Shown one piece after another: positions 47,355 to 56,381 of a stretch of 64,000 nt of DNA (position 1 is the stretch's first letter; every line of letters begins with the position of its first letter). The notes under the pieces are model-generated. The model did not search any database. It was not told the DNA's origin and was given only the letters and a program-made list of their open reading frames with translations. The DNA comes from a virus. Where the stretch lies: the IMG/VR virus record IMGVR_UViG_3300026487_000009, positions 3,048 to 67,047 of that record; one strand, written 5' to 3'. The position numbers and the translations under genes were made by a program.

Positions 47355-48345
47355 CTCCAAAAAGCAGCCAAAAACACAAACCAAAACCGCACGAACCGCC
47401 AGCCGCACCGCCGGGAAGCCCAGTAAATCAGGGGCTTCTCAGGCAAGGGGCAAGAAGGCGGTCGCCACCCCGACCATGGAATTGATGGGAAAAGTGATCG
47501 CTGAGGTTCGTGATCAGGTCCCTGATTACAATCCTGCCAGTGCGCTCGATGACGCCCGGAACGTTGATCCCAACTTATTCCTTTTACCGACCCCGGAAGA
47601 TATGGCCGCCGCCCGGCAGCTGCTTGAGGAGGCCGGTGCTGACAAAGTTGAAATGCTGATGATTGAAAAATCGCTGGCGCACATGCTGCTGATTGAGCGC
47701 GGGCGGCAGCAAATCATTCAGCTCTACGGGGAAACGAAATCTAATGCGGATGATGAGGGCACGCCGCCGATCATGAAGCTGATGGGCGTGTTTCTTTCAG
47801 CCTCAGGTGCGATTGCGGACCTGTCCCGGACAATGGCCCAGCTTCGCCAGTCCTACCATAAGGAACAGCGCGAACAGGAAAAGCATGACCAGAAAATAGG
47901 TGAGCCAGCGATCATCAAGCGCGCCTACAACAAGAAGAAAAGCGAGGGCTGGAGCGCGCAGGAAACTGCGGAATACATCGAAATGAACGGGGCGAAAGTG
48001 CCGCCATTCCTGCTGGAGCTGGTTCGCGCCGAGCTGAAAGCCCCACCAGCGAAAGATGACACACCGGCAGACGTCAGCATGGAAGAGCTCGAACGTATGT
48101 CCCGTGAACGGCAGGCCATCACTAAAGCCAGCCTGCAGGACATGATCGAGAAGAAACGTAACCTTGTGGCCGACATAGTGGAGACGCTGGGAGTAGGGGA
48201 TCTCGATGAGGAGGGCAACCTGAATGATATCGAGCTGGCCGCGCCGTTCGGCCCGGGTGAAGAGGCTGACGAAGAGCTGAACGAATCGCTGTATGGCGAC
48301 GGCGAATTCGATGACGCGCGAGGTCATGACTACGATGGCGCCTAA
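47152..48345 (+). CDS. pacA: Terminase small subunit PacA
   Basis: MTWD.HK.N, TIA.YAA...[10 protein letters not shown] and DHSNDQ.GDH. Confidence 0.92.
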   Translation: MTWDEHKENYKLLLAASPGMTIAEYAAQHGLNANTARRYLRSNEGQPAGQKKVIKLGGDHSNDQTGDHSKKQPKTQTKTARTASRTAGKPSKSGASQARGKKAVATPTMELMGKVIAEVRDQVPDYNPASALDDARNVDPNLFLLPTPEDMAAARQLLEEAGADKVEMLMIEKSLAHMLLIERGRQQIIQLYGETKSNADDEGTPPIMKLMGVFLSASGAIADLSRTMAQLRQSYHKEQREQEKHDQKIGEPAIIKRAYNKKKSEGWSAQETAEYIEMNGAKVPPFLLELVRAELKAPPAKDDTPADVSMEELERMSRERQAITKASLQDMIEKKRNLVADIVETLGVGDLDEEGNLNDIELAAPFGPGEEADEELNESLYGDGEFDDARGHDYDGA

Positions 48346-49828
48346 GGTAATCAAATCGGCAGTAACAGATCCGCGCTGGCTGGATATGGTGGTGAAGTAC
48401 CGTTACGACTGGGTGACGGCCATTGAAGTGCTCTTCGGTCGCGAGCTGACCTGGCAGCAGATGCTGGTGGTCCAGGAGGCGCAGGAAACGGGTAACTGGG
48501 TATCGGTTACATCCGGGCACGGTACCGGGAAATCTGACGTCACCGGCGCCATGATCCTCTGTTTCCAGATGTTCTACCCGGGCGCCCGTACCATCATCGT
48601 GGCCAACAAAATAAAACAGGTCATGACCGGCGTTTTCAAATACATGAAAATGCACTGGGCAACAGCCTGCAAGCGCTTTCCATGGCTCGCTGAATACTTT
48701 GTACTGACAGATACCTGCTTTTACGAGATCACCAACAAAGGTGTCTGGGAAGTGGTGCCGAAGGGTTTCCGCCTGGGCAACGAAGAAGCACTAGCCGGTG
48801 AGCACGCAGAGCACCTGTGGTATATCGTCGATGAGGCCTCCGGCGTCAGCGATAAGGCATTTGGTATCATTGAGGGGGCGCTGACGCAGGAAGATAACCG
48901 GCTGATGCTGATCTCCCAGCCGACGCGTCCGAGCGGGCGCTTTTACGATTCGCATCACAGCCTGGCGAAAGGCCCGCACAACCCGAAAGGGCTGTTTACC
49001 TCGATCATGCTGAATTCTGAGGAATCGCCACTGGTCACCCTGAAGGCGATCCGGCAGTTCCTGGCAAAATACGGCGGGCGTAATAACCCGGAATATCAGA
49101 TTAAGGTGCTGGGGCGGTTCCCCAAAACCACCAGCGATTATCTACTGGGGCGAGATGAATGCGAGAGCGCCCAGAGGCGCAAGGTACTGCTCCCGAAAGG
49201 CTGGGGCTGGGTGGCCTGCTGCGACGTGGGGAACGGGCGAGACAAGTCCATATTAAGTATTTTCCGGGTGAGCGGCAGCGGCCTGACGCGGCGAGTTGTG
49301 CCTTATAAGGTATACGAAATGGATACCACGATCACGCCGACGAAGTTCGCTGACTTCATTTACGCTAAATGTGACCCTTCTGTATTCCCGAACATCACGA
49401 TAGTAGTCGATGGTGACGGCGTCGGCTCTGCAACAGCTGACAAACTCTATGAGAATTACGGGATCGACGTGCAGCGCATTCGCTGGGGCTTCCCAATGCA
49501 CAGCAGAAGCGACCGCAAGCGCTTTGTGAACCAGCGTGCCTACGCGAACATCATGGCGCAGTTCGCCATTCGCCAGGGAAGGATGCGCCTTGACCGGGAT
49601 GATAAAACGGTCGAGCAGGCATCGAAGATCCCAATCCTGCTGAATGAGCACGGGCAATGGCTGGTTATGAAGAAAGAAGTGATGCGGCAGAAGCTAAACA
49701 TCAAGTCGCCGGACCGGTGGGATACATATTGCTTTGCCATGCTGGCAAACTACGTTCCGGCGAATGAGGTTCTTAGTCAGGATGGCATGCATGAAAGGGA
49801 CGAAGCGCTGGCGCTGCTGGCGAGTTAA
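48335..49828 (+). CDS. pacB: Terminase large subunit PacB
   Basis: [19 protein letters not shown] and SPD.WD.YCFAML. Confidence 0.96.
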   Translation: MAPKVIKSAVTDPRWLDMVVKYRYDWVTAIEVLFGRELTWQQMLVVQEAQETGNWVSVTSGHGTGKSDVTGAMILCFQMFYPGARTIIVANKIKQVMTGVFKYMKMHWATACKRFPWLAEYFVLTDTCFYEITNKGVWEVVPKGFRLGNEEALAGEHAEHLWYIVDEASGVSDKAFGIIEGALTQEDNRLMLISQPTRPSGRFYDSHHSLAKGPHNPKGLFTSIMLNSEESPLVTLKAIRQFLAKYGGRNNPEYQIKVLGRFPKTTSDYLLGRDECESAQRRKVLLPKGWGWVACCDVGNGRDKSILSIFRVSGSGLTRRVVPYKVYEMDTTITPTKFADFIYAKCDPSVFPNITIVVDGDGVGSATADKLYENYGIDVQRIRWGFPMHSRSDRKRFVNQRAYANIMAQFAIRQGRMRLDRDDKTVEQASKIPILLNEHGQWLVMKKEVMRQKLNIKSPDRWDTYCFAMLANYVPANEVLSQDGMHERDEALALLAS

Positions 49829-50661
49829 CTCCCTTCTCGCTTTGATGATGCGGTGCCTGCAACGGCATCCTTCATCATGCGCTTCTGTCGGCTCTTTCGT
49901 TCTGATGCTGCTCTTAACTGGCGTTTATTTTTTTCACGATATTCCGCCAGGCGATCGCGAACCTTTTCCACCTCTTCGACCAGATACAGCTTCGTGTCTG
50001 GCCACATCGCCGTTGGTATGCCCTCAATCATGTCATAAGGGCTGGTGGATTCGCGCTCACGCGTGGGTTTCGTAGAAAGTCTCAGCTGGTCGTTATTCAC
50101 GATAAACAACCCATGGGAAGAGACGCGCTCCAGCTCCAGCTCGGTGCTGCCCTCATAAGCGATATTGGCGATCGTATCTTTGAACCCCTCACGGCGCATA
50201 TACATCCGCGCATCGCCCGGGAAAGTTGATAGCAACTCAATTTCCTTATGCAGCTGCGCACACAGCTCATCGCATTCAGGCTTTGCCCGCGACCGGCGGA
50301 TCTTCGCCTGCATGGCCTCAATCACTTTCGATACCGGCCAGTTACGAACGGTAACCGCATCAAGCTCGTACACACGCACTCGCGTGGCACCAGCGATCAT
50401 TTTTGGATAGGGCTTAAATACCTGAGGTGGAATATGCAGATCGGGGAACTCTTCCAGCTTCTCTGCGTAATCAACCCATTTTTGAATTTTGGCGCTGTAT
50501 GTAGAATGCTCGTCCGGCTGCAACAGCACAACAGGGCGAAAAACTTCGCCGTACCGGCTTGTAATTTTATATTCAGCTCGATGAAGTGCCTCATCAAGGA
50601 ATTCCCTTCGAAAGGTCATGAATTCCAGATACAGGCGTTCCGCGAGGTTGTAGTCAGTCAT
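49825..50661 (-). CDS. c1: Primary repressor C1
   Basis: LY.EF..FR, RPVV.L, KW...A..LE..PDL.IP and WP..K.Y; convergent on pacB as in P1. Confidence 0.88.
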   Translation of the reverse strand: MTDYNLAERLYLEFMTFRREFLDEALHRAEYKITSRYGEVFRPVVLLQPDEHSTYSAKIQKWVDYAEKLEEFPDLHIPPQVFKPYPKMIAGATRVRVYELDAVTVRNWPVSKVIEAMQAKIRRSRAKPECDELCAQLHKEIELLSTFPGDARMYMRREGFKDTIANIAYEGSTELELERVSSHGLFIVNNDQLRLSTKPTRERESTSPYDMIEGIPTAMWPDTKLYLVEEVEKVRDRLAEYREKNKRQLRAASERKSRQKRMMKDAVAGTASSKREGS

Positions 50662-50716
50662 GTTTTTTCTACCCTGCATGAAGAACGGTATGTAAGTGAG
50701 CGATGACAATGTATAA

Positions 50717-50735
50717 AAAATATAGTGTTTTTTAA
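50717..50735 (-). promoter_or_regulatory. Degenerate operator upstream of c1
   Basis: rc TTAAAAAACACTATATTTT. Confidence 0.35.
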
Positions 50736-50824
50736 AGCAGTGCACGCCCTTTCAGGGGAGAAAGAGTAAAAAAAGCGCGATCGACCTCGCAGAAAAGTAA
50801 GCCGCGCCTAACTGGGGGGAGAGA

Positions 50825-51061
50825 TCAGGCCAGGATACTGGCGTTAAGCTCTAAACGGGCGAGAAAAGCAGAGATAAGGCAACGTATTGTTTTCAGGAGA
50901 CTATTTTGCATCTCAGCCGATTCACGGCGGTATCCATTCACGATCATGATGTGAGAGGAAATGATTAAAACAAACTTACGACTTGATGCTGGTTCTCCGC
51001 AGAGTCTATACGCGTCCTCAACATCCTTCATTGTTACTTCGCGGGCCAATTGCCACCTCAC
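50825..51061 (-). CDS. Small ORF at the coi position
   Basis: Upstream of c1, with operator 51067-51085 at its start; little similarity to Coi and a poor SD. Confidence 0.3.
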   Translation of the reverse strand: MRWQLAREVTMKDVEDAYRLCGEPASSRKFVLIISSHIMIVNGYRRESAEMQNSLLKTIRCLISAFLARLELNASILA

Positions 51062-51398
51062 CGATAAATGTTTAGTGCTTATTAAAACTGTATTGCGTCA
51101 ATTTATATCATTAGGATTGCTCTGAATAAATGTAAAAGTTGACACAATAGGCGACTATTTGACCAGTCAGTTTATAAGTGCAACAAAGTCCTCATAGATT
51201 GTGAGCTTCGTAGCAAAATCAACCCGAAAATAGCGCCGAGATACCAATTATTTAAATTAATCTCTTCGGCACTAACGGGTTAGCCCTTAAGGGATAACAA
51301 TAATGCCTTCGATTTTCATGAATTCGGTCCATAGACAGGGATTATCGCAATCGCGGTGGCTATGGCGCGTTACAAACCGATACAGCACTTATCCACAG

Positions 51399-51432
51399 TC
51401 AACTTTATATAATTCCCATTATGTATAGTTGA
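51399..51432. other. Candidate lox-type site (13-8-13)
   Basis: TCAACTTTATATA-ATTCCCAT-TATGTATAGTTGA; arms 11/13 inverted; intergenic between c1 and cre. Confidence 0.75.
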
Positions 51433-51492
51433 TATTTGAGTGATCACTGTTACATGTTGTCGATATTTAAGACCCGATATTTACTATTACCA

Positions 51493-51816
51493 TCAGTGAC
51501 TATTAGCGAACGTACTCTGTTCAGTTTTGTGAAGGTAAATTTCTGTCGCTTTCTCACGGCCAGCATCGGTGAGCGAGAATGCCAGTTGCAGACTCTGGTT
51601 GCGGAACTTTTTAAGGTGACCGGACATCACCAGTTTTCGGCAGGACAAATTGTAGTTGTTCCGGTGCGTGGTAAAACCCTGGGTGTTGTCATTGATCATC
51701 TTCAGCAGCCGGGCACCAGGAACTGGCCCGGTCATGCCTTTCAATTCCAGGGCGTACAAAAGGAAAAGCGTATTTTTTTGAATTTCAGAGAAACGCTGGG
51801 CGGGTTTGGTTGCCAT
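51493..51816 (-). CDS. Winged-helix protein
   Basis: QK..LF.LYA.E, L..MIN, SCRKL and LTDAGRE.A.EIY. Confidence 0.7.
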   Translation of the reverse strand: MATKPAQRFSEIQKNTLFLLYALELKGMTGPVPGARLLKMINDNTQGFTTHRNNYNLSCRKLVMSGHLKKFRNQSLQLAFSLTDAGREKATEIYLHKTEQSTFANSH

Positions 51817-52086
51817 TTTATATCCTTAATAATTGCCGCAATGATTAACGACACATTACCCCAGATGCGCGTACGTGAAAATTAGAATTTTTCGGGGGCT
51901 CTTCTACGCCAGAATTCACGTAGCGCACCAAAAAACACGAGCGTAATACGGGAAAAATTTATTACCGCCGCGCGACCGCATACAAAAAACCGCTGAAGTC
52001 CCGGCTCAACTGGCCCTGGCGCTTTCGGCATCATGATGTTTTCAGGCTGGTGGCCCGCTGTTGGGTAAAAACCGCAAAACGAGTTG

Positions 52087-52134
52087 TTGACTCACAGATC
52101 GTCAACGGTGTAGATTCAATAAACACTAAACATT
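52087..52134 (+). promoter_or_regulatory. Sigma70 promoter with overlapping operator
   Basis: TTGACT-18-TAGATT 52087-52116; TCAATAAACACTAAACATT 52116-52134. Confidence 0.75.
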
Positions 52135-52144
52135 TAGTTACAGC

Positions 52145-53362
52145 CACAACCCTTCCGAGGGTGCAACAGAAAAGCGCGTTTGGTCTGAAAAGTTAAGCGC
52201 CCTTTTCGTTGTAGCGCGGTGGCTCCTACGCTTCAGCCGGGTGACGTTTCCCGATAGCCGTCTGCGTCCACTGCAATAGTGTGGGCGCACCCGTAAGGCC
52301 ATTGGATTTTCGGTAAAGGCATTTTCACCGCCAGCGCCGAACGACAGCGTGTTGGGCATGCATGCGCCAGTGGCCTTTCGGGTGTGAGTAAAAGTTCACG
52401 GTGCAAACGTGACGCAAGACTGGCGAGATTGCTTTTTCCTCTGAGGACGCCAGCGGCCAGGTTGACCAGTCGCCTGAGTGGCCGCGCCGGGTAAGCACCG
52501 GCAACTGCAGGACATTGCGGCTTCTTTGAGAAGCGCCGGACGCGTAACCGGCTGAAATAAAAACTGAGGTGACAGCTGGAGAGACAGCACCACAACCAAA
52601 GAGCGCGGGCGTGAAAAACTGTACCTACAGGCGGCGGAATTACGGTTCCCGGCCAAGCCGCATAGCTGAGGGGATCGCTCTTTTTGATTGTGGTGAATGC
52701 ACAGGCTGATGTGCAGCGGACTTTTAATCCGTGCGGGTACTGGCACAACCAGTCCGAAAGCCGGAGATCGGCACCGGCCACCACAAGCAGTAAAGCCCAG
52801 ACGATATCTGAGTGGCTTAAAAAACAGATGGGAGCTGGTGGAAACCCAGCACACAACGGAGTGAATCATTCTTGCCTCTGGTCCGGTTTCGCGACTGGTG
52901 GGGGCGGGTAGCCACACAAGCCGCAGCGCGAAGCGGCCCGAGTGGAGTTAAGCGCGGGGAACCTTATCGGGGAAGTGAAACCCTGGGGGGATGATTCACC
53001 CCGTTGTGGAGAATTGCAGTTGAAAAGACAACCAGAAGATCAGCATCTGGCCCATAACCACCTGTCACCCACTTCACTGGGTGTCGCCGGACGAAAGTAA
53101 CCGGCAAAGCCCATTGCTATTATCACCAAAACTTCCATGAATTGCTGTGTGTAGACGTTGCCCATCCCGTGATGGGCTTTTTTTCTGAATATTTTGAGCT
53201 CTGAGCAGTAGCTCCCTGACAACGGAGCGCACAACCGAAAGCCCGGTCGCGACAAGGTTTTCGGTTGTGGTAATGCACCTAGCGGATGTGACGTTTGATG
53301 ATGTATTGAAAGAGTGGACAGACGTCGGGGCTTGCCCCAGGTGGAGGCACCACCGCCACAAC
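52145..53362 (+). ncRNA. Array of interlocking structured RNA units
   Basis: No credible ORF; repeated CACAAC/GTTGTG closing stems, each with a T-arm-like hairpin at its 3' side. Confidence 0.7.
53160..53184 (+). terminator. Rho-independent terminator/attenuator inside the RNA array
   Basis: GCCCATC-CCGT-GATGGGC plus T7. Confidence 0.75.
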
Positions 53363-53448
53363 ATAACCACAGGCACGATCGATAAACGGTGTCCTGGCGT
53401 TTAATGCCAATTCACGCAAAGGCAGACGAACTGCCAGAAGGTGAGCCA

Positions 53449-53649
53449 ATGAGTTATTCACGTTGTACCTACTGCGGCTCAACGCTGCACACCGTAGCGA
53501 ATTGCCCAAAAACATGGGGAGGTTCAGCCCGCCGTGCGAACCTGCGCTGCGGTTACTGCGGCAAGTCTGGCCACAATTCTAATGCCTGCCCGTCTAATGC
53601 AAGCAGCGGGAACCGTCGTCGTCTGAATGATGATTACTATCTCGATTAA
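53449..53649 (+). CDS. Double CCHC zinc-knuckle protein
   Basis: CTYCGSTLHTVANC and CGYCGKSGHNSNAC (CX2CX4HX4C twice); Arg-rich. Confidence 0.85.
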   Translation: MSYSRCTYCGSTLHTVANCPKTWGGSARRANLRCGYCGKSGHNSNACPSNASSGNRRRLNDDYYLD

Positions 53650-53660
53650 GGGTCATAACT

Positions 53661-53954
53661 ATGAGTGAAGCAATTCCCCAAGATGGCAGCACCGTCAAAG
53701 GCTACCGCACGTTAACACCAGGCGACATTGAGCGCATGAACCGCCTGAAGGACGTTAGTCGTCACTTTTGCAGTCTTCTCGATACCGAGCGCGAGGAGCT
53801 GATGGCTGCACGCAATGGCCCAGCACTGTTAAGCACAGAGCAGGCGCGCGAGATTGATGACGCCCTGCGCTGCCTGTCGGTCGCACGCACAAAAATGCAG
53901 GAAGCCTGTATGTGGGGCTGTCGTGCTATTGCGCGGCCTGACGCTGATTGTTAG
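53661..53954 (+). CDS. acb2: Acb2/T4 Vs.4-family cyclic-nucleotide sponge
   Basis: KGYR.L....I..MN..K and A.TK.QEA.MW.CRA.A.P. Confidence 0.8.
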   Translation: MSEAIPQDGSTVKGYRTLTPGDIERMNRLKDVSRHFCSLLDTEREELMAARNGPALLSTEQAREIDDALRCLSVARTKMQEACMWGCRAIARPDADC

Positions 53955-54003
53955 CCGGTAAGCACCCGGCACCACGCGTTTTCCAACTACCAGGGGCACT
54001 AAA

Positions 54004-54444
54004 ATGCAGCAATATGTGAGCACTAAGATCGTCAATGGCACGCCTATGACGCGTCAGGAGTACATCAATTTACGCGGTTGGACGCTGCCAGAAAACGAGA
54101 ATGGCGCAGATGAGGGCTATCTCGTCGAGTATCACGATGGTGGCCAGCCTAATACCGACAGCCACAAAGGCTATATCAGCTGGAGTCCAAAAGACGTTTT
54201 TGAGCGTGCCTCTCTCCCGCTCGGCAATATTGAAGGTCTTGCTCCGCACCACCAGCGTATGCTGGCCGAACGTGCGCAGTTATGCGATCGCATTACCAAG
54301 CTAAACGGCTTCATTGGTACGCGTCAGTTTCTGGATCTCGAACCGTTAGATCAATCCCGCTTGCAGTCGCAACTAAATGTTATGGCACATTATCGGCAGG
54401 AACTGGATGAGCGTTTATTTGCGCTGAAAAACGAACCAGCCTGA
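54004..54444 (+). CDS. Two-domain phage protein, putative sponge fusion
   Basis: N-terminal Y..TK...GYLVEY...YISWSPKDVFERA; C-terminal H.QRM..E..L..RI.KL..FI...RL..Q...M..Y...L.ERL. Confidence 0.7.
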   Translation: MQQYVSTKIVNGTPMTRQEYINLRGWTLPENENGADEGYLVEYHDGGQPNTDSHKGYISWSPKDVFERASLPLGNIEGLAPHHQRMLAERAQLCDRITKLNGFIGTRQFLDLEPLDQSRLQSQLNVMAHYRQELDERLFALKNEPA

Positions 54445-54472
54445 TCGGTAGGCGGGCACAAGTCAGCAATCA

Positions 54473-54548
54473 GGCCCCTTAACTCAGCGGTGAGAGTAAG
54501 CCCCTCATAAGGGCCGAGTCGCCGGTTCGAATCCGGCAGGGGCCACCA
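54473..54548 (+). tRNA. trnI: tRNA-Ile2 (CAT, lysidine type)
   Basis: GGCCCCT/AGGGGCC acceptor, CTCATAA loop, GGTTCGAATCC, encoded CCA; ileX-like. Confidence 0.9.
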
Positions 54549-54577
54549 TTTCACGTATGTTTTCAACGCCTATATTT

Positions 54578-54604
54578 AAGGCCACCTTCGCCGGTGGCCT
54601 TTTT
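54578..54604 (+). terminator. Rho-independent terminator
   Basis: AAGGCCACC-TTCGCC-GGTGGCCTT plus T run. Confidence 0.75.
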
Positions 54605-54621
54605 GTTATCTCAAATAGATA

Positions 54622-54640
54622 ATGACAAACACTAAATATT
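54622..54640 (+). promoter_or_regulatory. Probable C1 operator
   Basis: ATGACAAACACTAAATATT upstream of the HTH-cre unit. Confidence 0.55.
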
Positions 54641-54695
54641 TACTTATTATTTGCCGGGTGTTATCCAAAATAGATAACCCCGCAAGGAGAGCTGA

Positions 54696-54929
54696 ATGAG
54701 CAAAACGATTGATCAGGTAGCCAAAGAGCATTTTGGCGGCGTACTGTCCGACATGGCCAAGGCAAACGGCGTTACGCGCCAGCTGCTGAGCCGATGGAAA
54801 AAGAAAGGTTGGGTGATCAGCAACGGAATGATTATGCGCCCCTACCGTCAGCTGGTGGATGCCAATGGCAACGCCATTCACGATGAGCCAGACCAGGAGG
54901 CGGGCACCGAAAACAAACATAATAATTAG
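54696..54929 (+). CDS. Small Cro-like HTH protein (cra position)
   Basis: FGG..S.MAKA.GVTRQ.LS.WKK. Confidence 0.65.
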   Translation: MSKTIDQVAKEHFGGVLSDMAKANGVTRQLLSRWKKKGWVISNGMIMRPYRQLVDANGNAIHDEPDQEAGTENKHNN

Positions 54930-54998
54930 CGCGCCAGCTCCGCTATGATGACGGAACACCGGCGCAATTGATTACAGCACATCGCAAGGATATGAGAC

Positions 54999-56048
54999 AT
55001 GAACAAGGCTTTGCCCGCCTCCCCTACCCCCACCAGCAGCGTTTTGGTGCTGCCGGACGATGAAAGGATCGATGCAGATGTTAAACGCAACCTGGCGGCG
55101 CTGGTGCGCGATAAAAACGCCTTTGCGGATAACACATGGTCAAGCTTTGAGTCTGTCATAAGCTTGTGGGCGCGCTGGTGTGCCGATAAGAAACTCCAGT
55201 GGCTCCCGATCGAAGCTGAATGCATGCGCGAGTATCTGATGGAGATGCACACAAACGGGCTGTCTGTCGCCACCGTTCGCCAGCACTACTCCATGATGTG
55301 CAAACTGCACAGGCATGCCGGGCTCCCTTCCCTCGTTGATAATCCCGCCGTCAATCTGGCCATGAAGAATATCACCCGCACCGCCGTTCAGGGTGGCGAA
55401 CGGACCGGGCAGGCGATCCCTTTCCGTTTGCGCGACCTCCACCAGCTGGCGCAGGCATACGGCATGTCTAAGGACCTGGCGGATAAGCGAGACCTGGCGT
55501 TTCTTTCCGTGGCCTATAACACGCTGTTGCGTATTTCGGAGTTAAGCCGCGTGACGCTGCGGGACGTCGAAAACGGGCCAGACGGACGCTATGTGCTGCG
55601 TATTGGTTACACTAAAACGACGCTCACCCCTGACGGCGTGGTGCGTACGCTGAGTAAAGACGTTTCAAGGAGGCTGAAAAACTGGATCGATGCTTCCGGC
55701 ATCACCGACCAGGATCAATACATTTTCTGTCCGGTAGACCGCTGGGGTAAGCCACGTCTTAAAGCCAAATCCCCCTTAACGAATGCTGCGATGGAGAAGA
55801 TTTTCTCACGCGCCTGGCGGATGATCCGCGGCCTGCCGGGCGAGCCTGATGATAAGGGCCGGTATGCGGTCTGGACGGGCCATAGTGCCCGGGTAGGCGC
55901 AGCACAGGATATGACGGCGTCGGGGAGTTCCCTGGCGAACGTCATGAAGCAAGGCGGCTGGAAACGCGTCGATATGGTGATGCGCTACATCCGCAACCTG
56001 GAAGATGCAGACAATGATCTCAACAGGATGTTAGAGGGCGACAGGTAG
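54999..56048 (+). CDS. cre: Cre-family tyrosine recombinase
   Basis: AYNTLLRI.E, TKT, GHSARVGAA.DM, GGW and MRYIRNL; all catalytic residues present. Confidence 0.96.
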   Translation: MNKALPASPTPTSSVLVLPDDERIDADVKRNLAALVRDKNAFADNTWSSFESVISLWARWCADKKLQWLPIEAECMREYLMEMHTNGLSVATVRQHYSMMCKLHRHAGLPSLVDNPAVNLAMKNITRTAVQGGERTGQAIPFRLRDLHQLAQAYGMSKDLADKRDLAFLSVAYNTLLRISELSRVTLRDVENGPDGRYVLRIGYTKTTLTPDGVVRTLSKDVSRRLKNWIDASGITDQDQYIFCPVDRWGKPRLKAKSPLTNAAMEKIFSRAWRMIRGLPGEPDDKGRYAVWTGHSARVGAAQDMTASGSSLANVMKQGGWKRVDMVMRYIRNLEDADNDLNRMLEGDR

Positions 56049-56080
56049 CCCGCACCATACTATCAATCTAAGGAGCAACC

Positions 56081-56365
56081 ATGAAAATCACTGAGCTACG
56101 CCTCAGCACGTTAAGGGCAATCGAGGTCCATAAAGAGAGCAAAACGGCGGCGGAACTGGTGCCGTTGATCCAAAGGCCAAACGACAAAATCACGTACATG
56201 CATGCGGTCTATCGCTGCGTGCGTGACCTCATTAGCGGCGGTGCGCTGGTGGAGGAAAAGGACATCCTAAAGCTCACGGAGCTGGGCCACGACATGCTGG
56301 ACCAGGCACAAAAGAAGACAGACCCCGACCCTATTTTTTTTGTGCCGATAAAACCGAAAAAATAA
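56081..56365 (+). CDS. Winged-helix protein (c8 position)
   Basis: Strong SD; L...G.L.E...LKLTELG. Confidence 0.65.
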   Translation: MKITELRLSTLRAIEVHKESKTAAELVPLIQRPNDKITYMHAVYRCVRDLISGGALVEEKDILKLTELGHDMLDQAQKKTDPDPIFFVPIKPKK

Positions 56366-56377
56366 ACACTAAATTTA
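56359..56377 (+). promoter_or_regulatory. Probable C1 operator
   Basis: AAAATAAACACTAAATTTA. Confidence 0.55.
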
Positions 56378-56381
56378 TATT

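Noticed and set aside
50825-51061. Naming this ORF coi
   Set aside because: Position fits, but it lacks the acidic character of P1 Coi and has a poor start context
51116-51133. ATTGCTCTGAATAAATGT resembling the P1 C1 operator
   Set aside because: Single gapped match in AT-rich DNA; the recurrent motif in this genome is different
52441-52560. Hammerhead ribozyme core (CTGAGGA...GAAA)
   Set aside because: Could not build stems I-III with the required geometry
52233-52917. Minus-strand ORFs (207 and 173 aa) across the RNA array
   Set aside because: Non-ATG starts without SD, atypical composition, and antisense to a promoter-terminator unit; stems explain the sequence better
52145-53362. Calling the array the P1 c4 antisense locus
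   Set aside because: No icd/ant genes or complementary a/b target boxes found downstream; only a structural analogy
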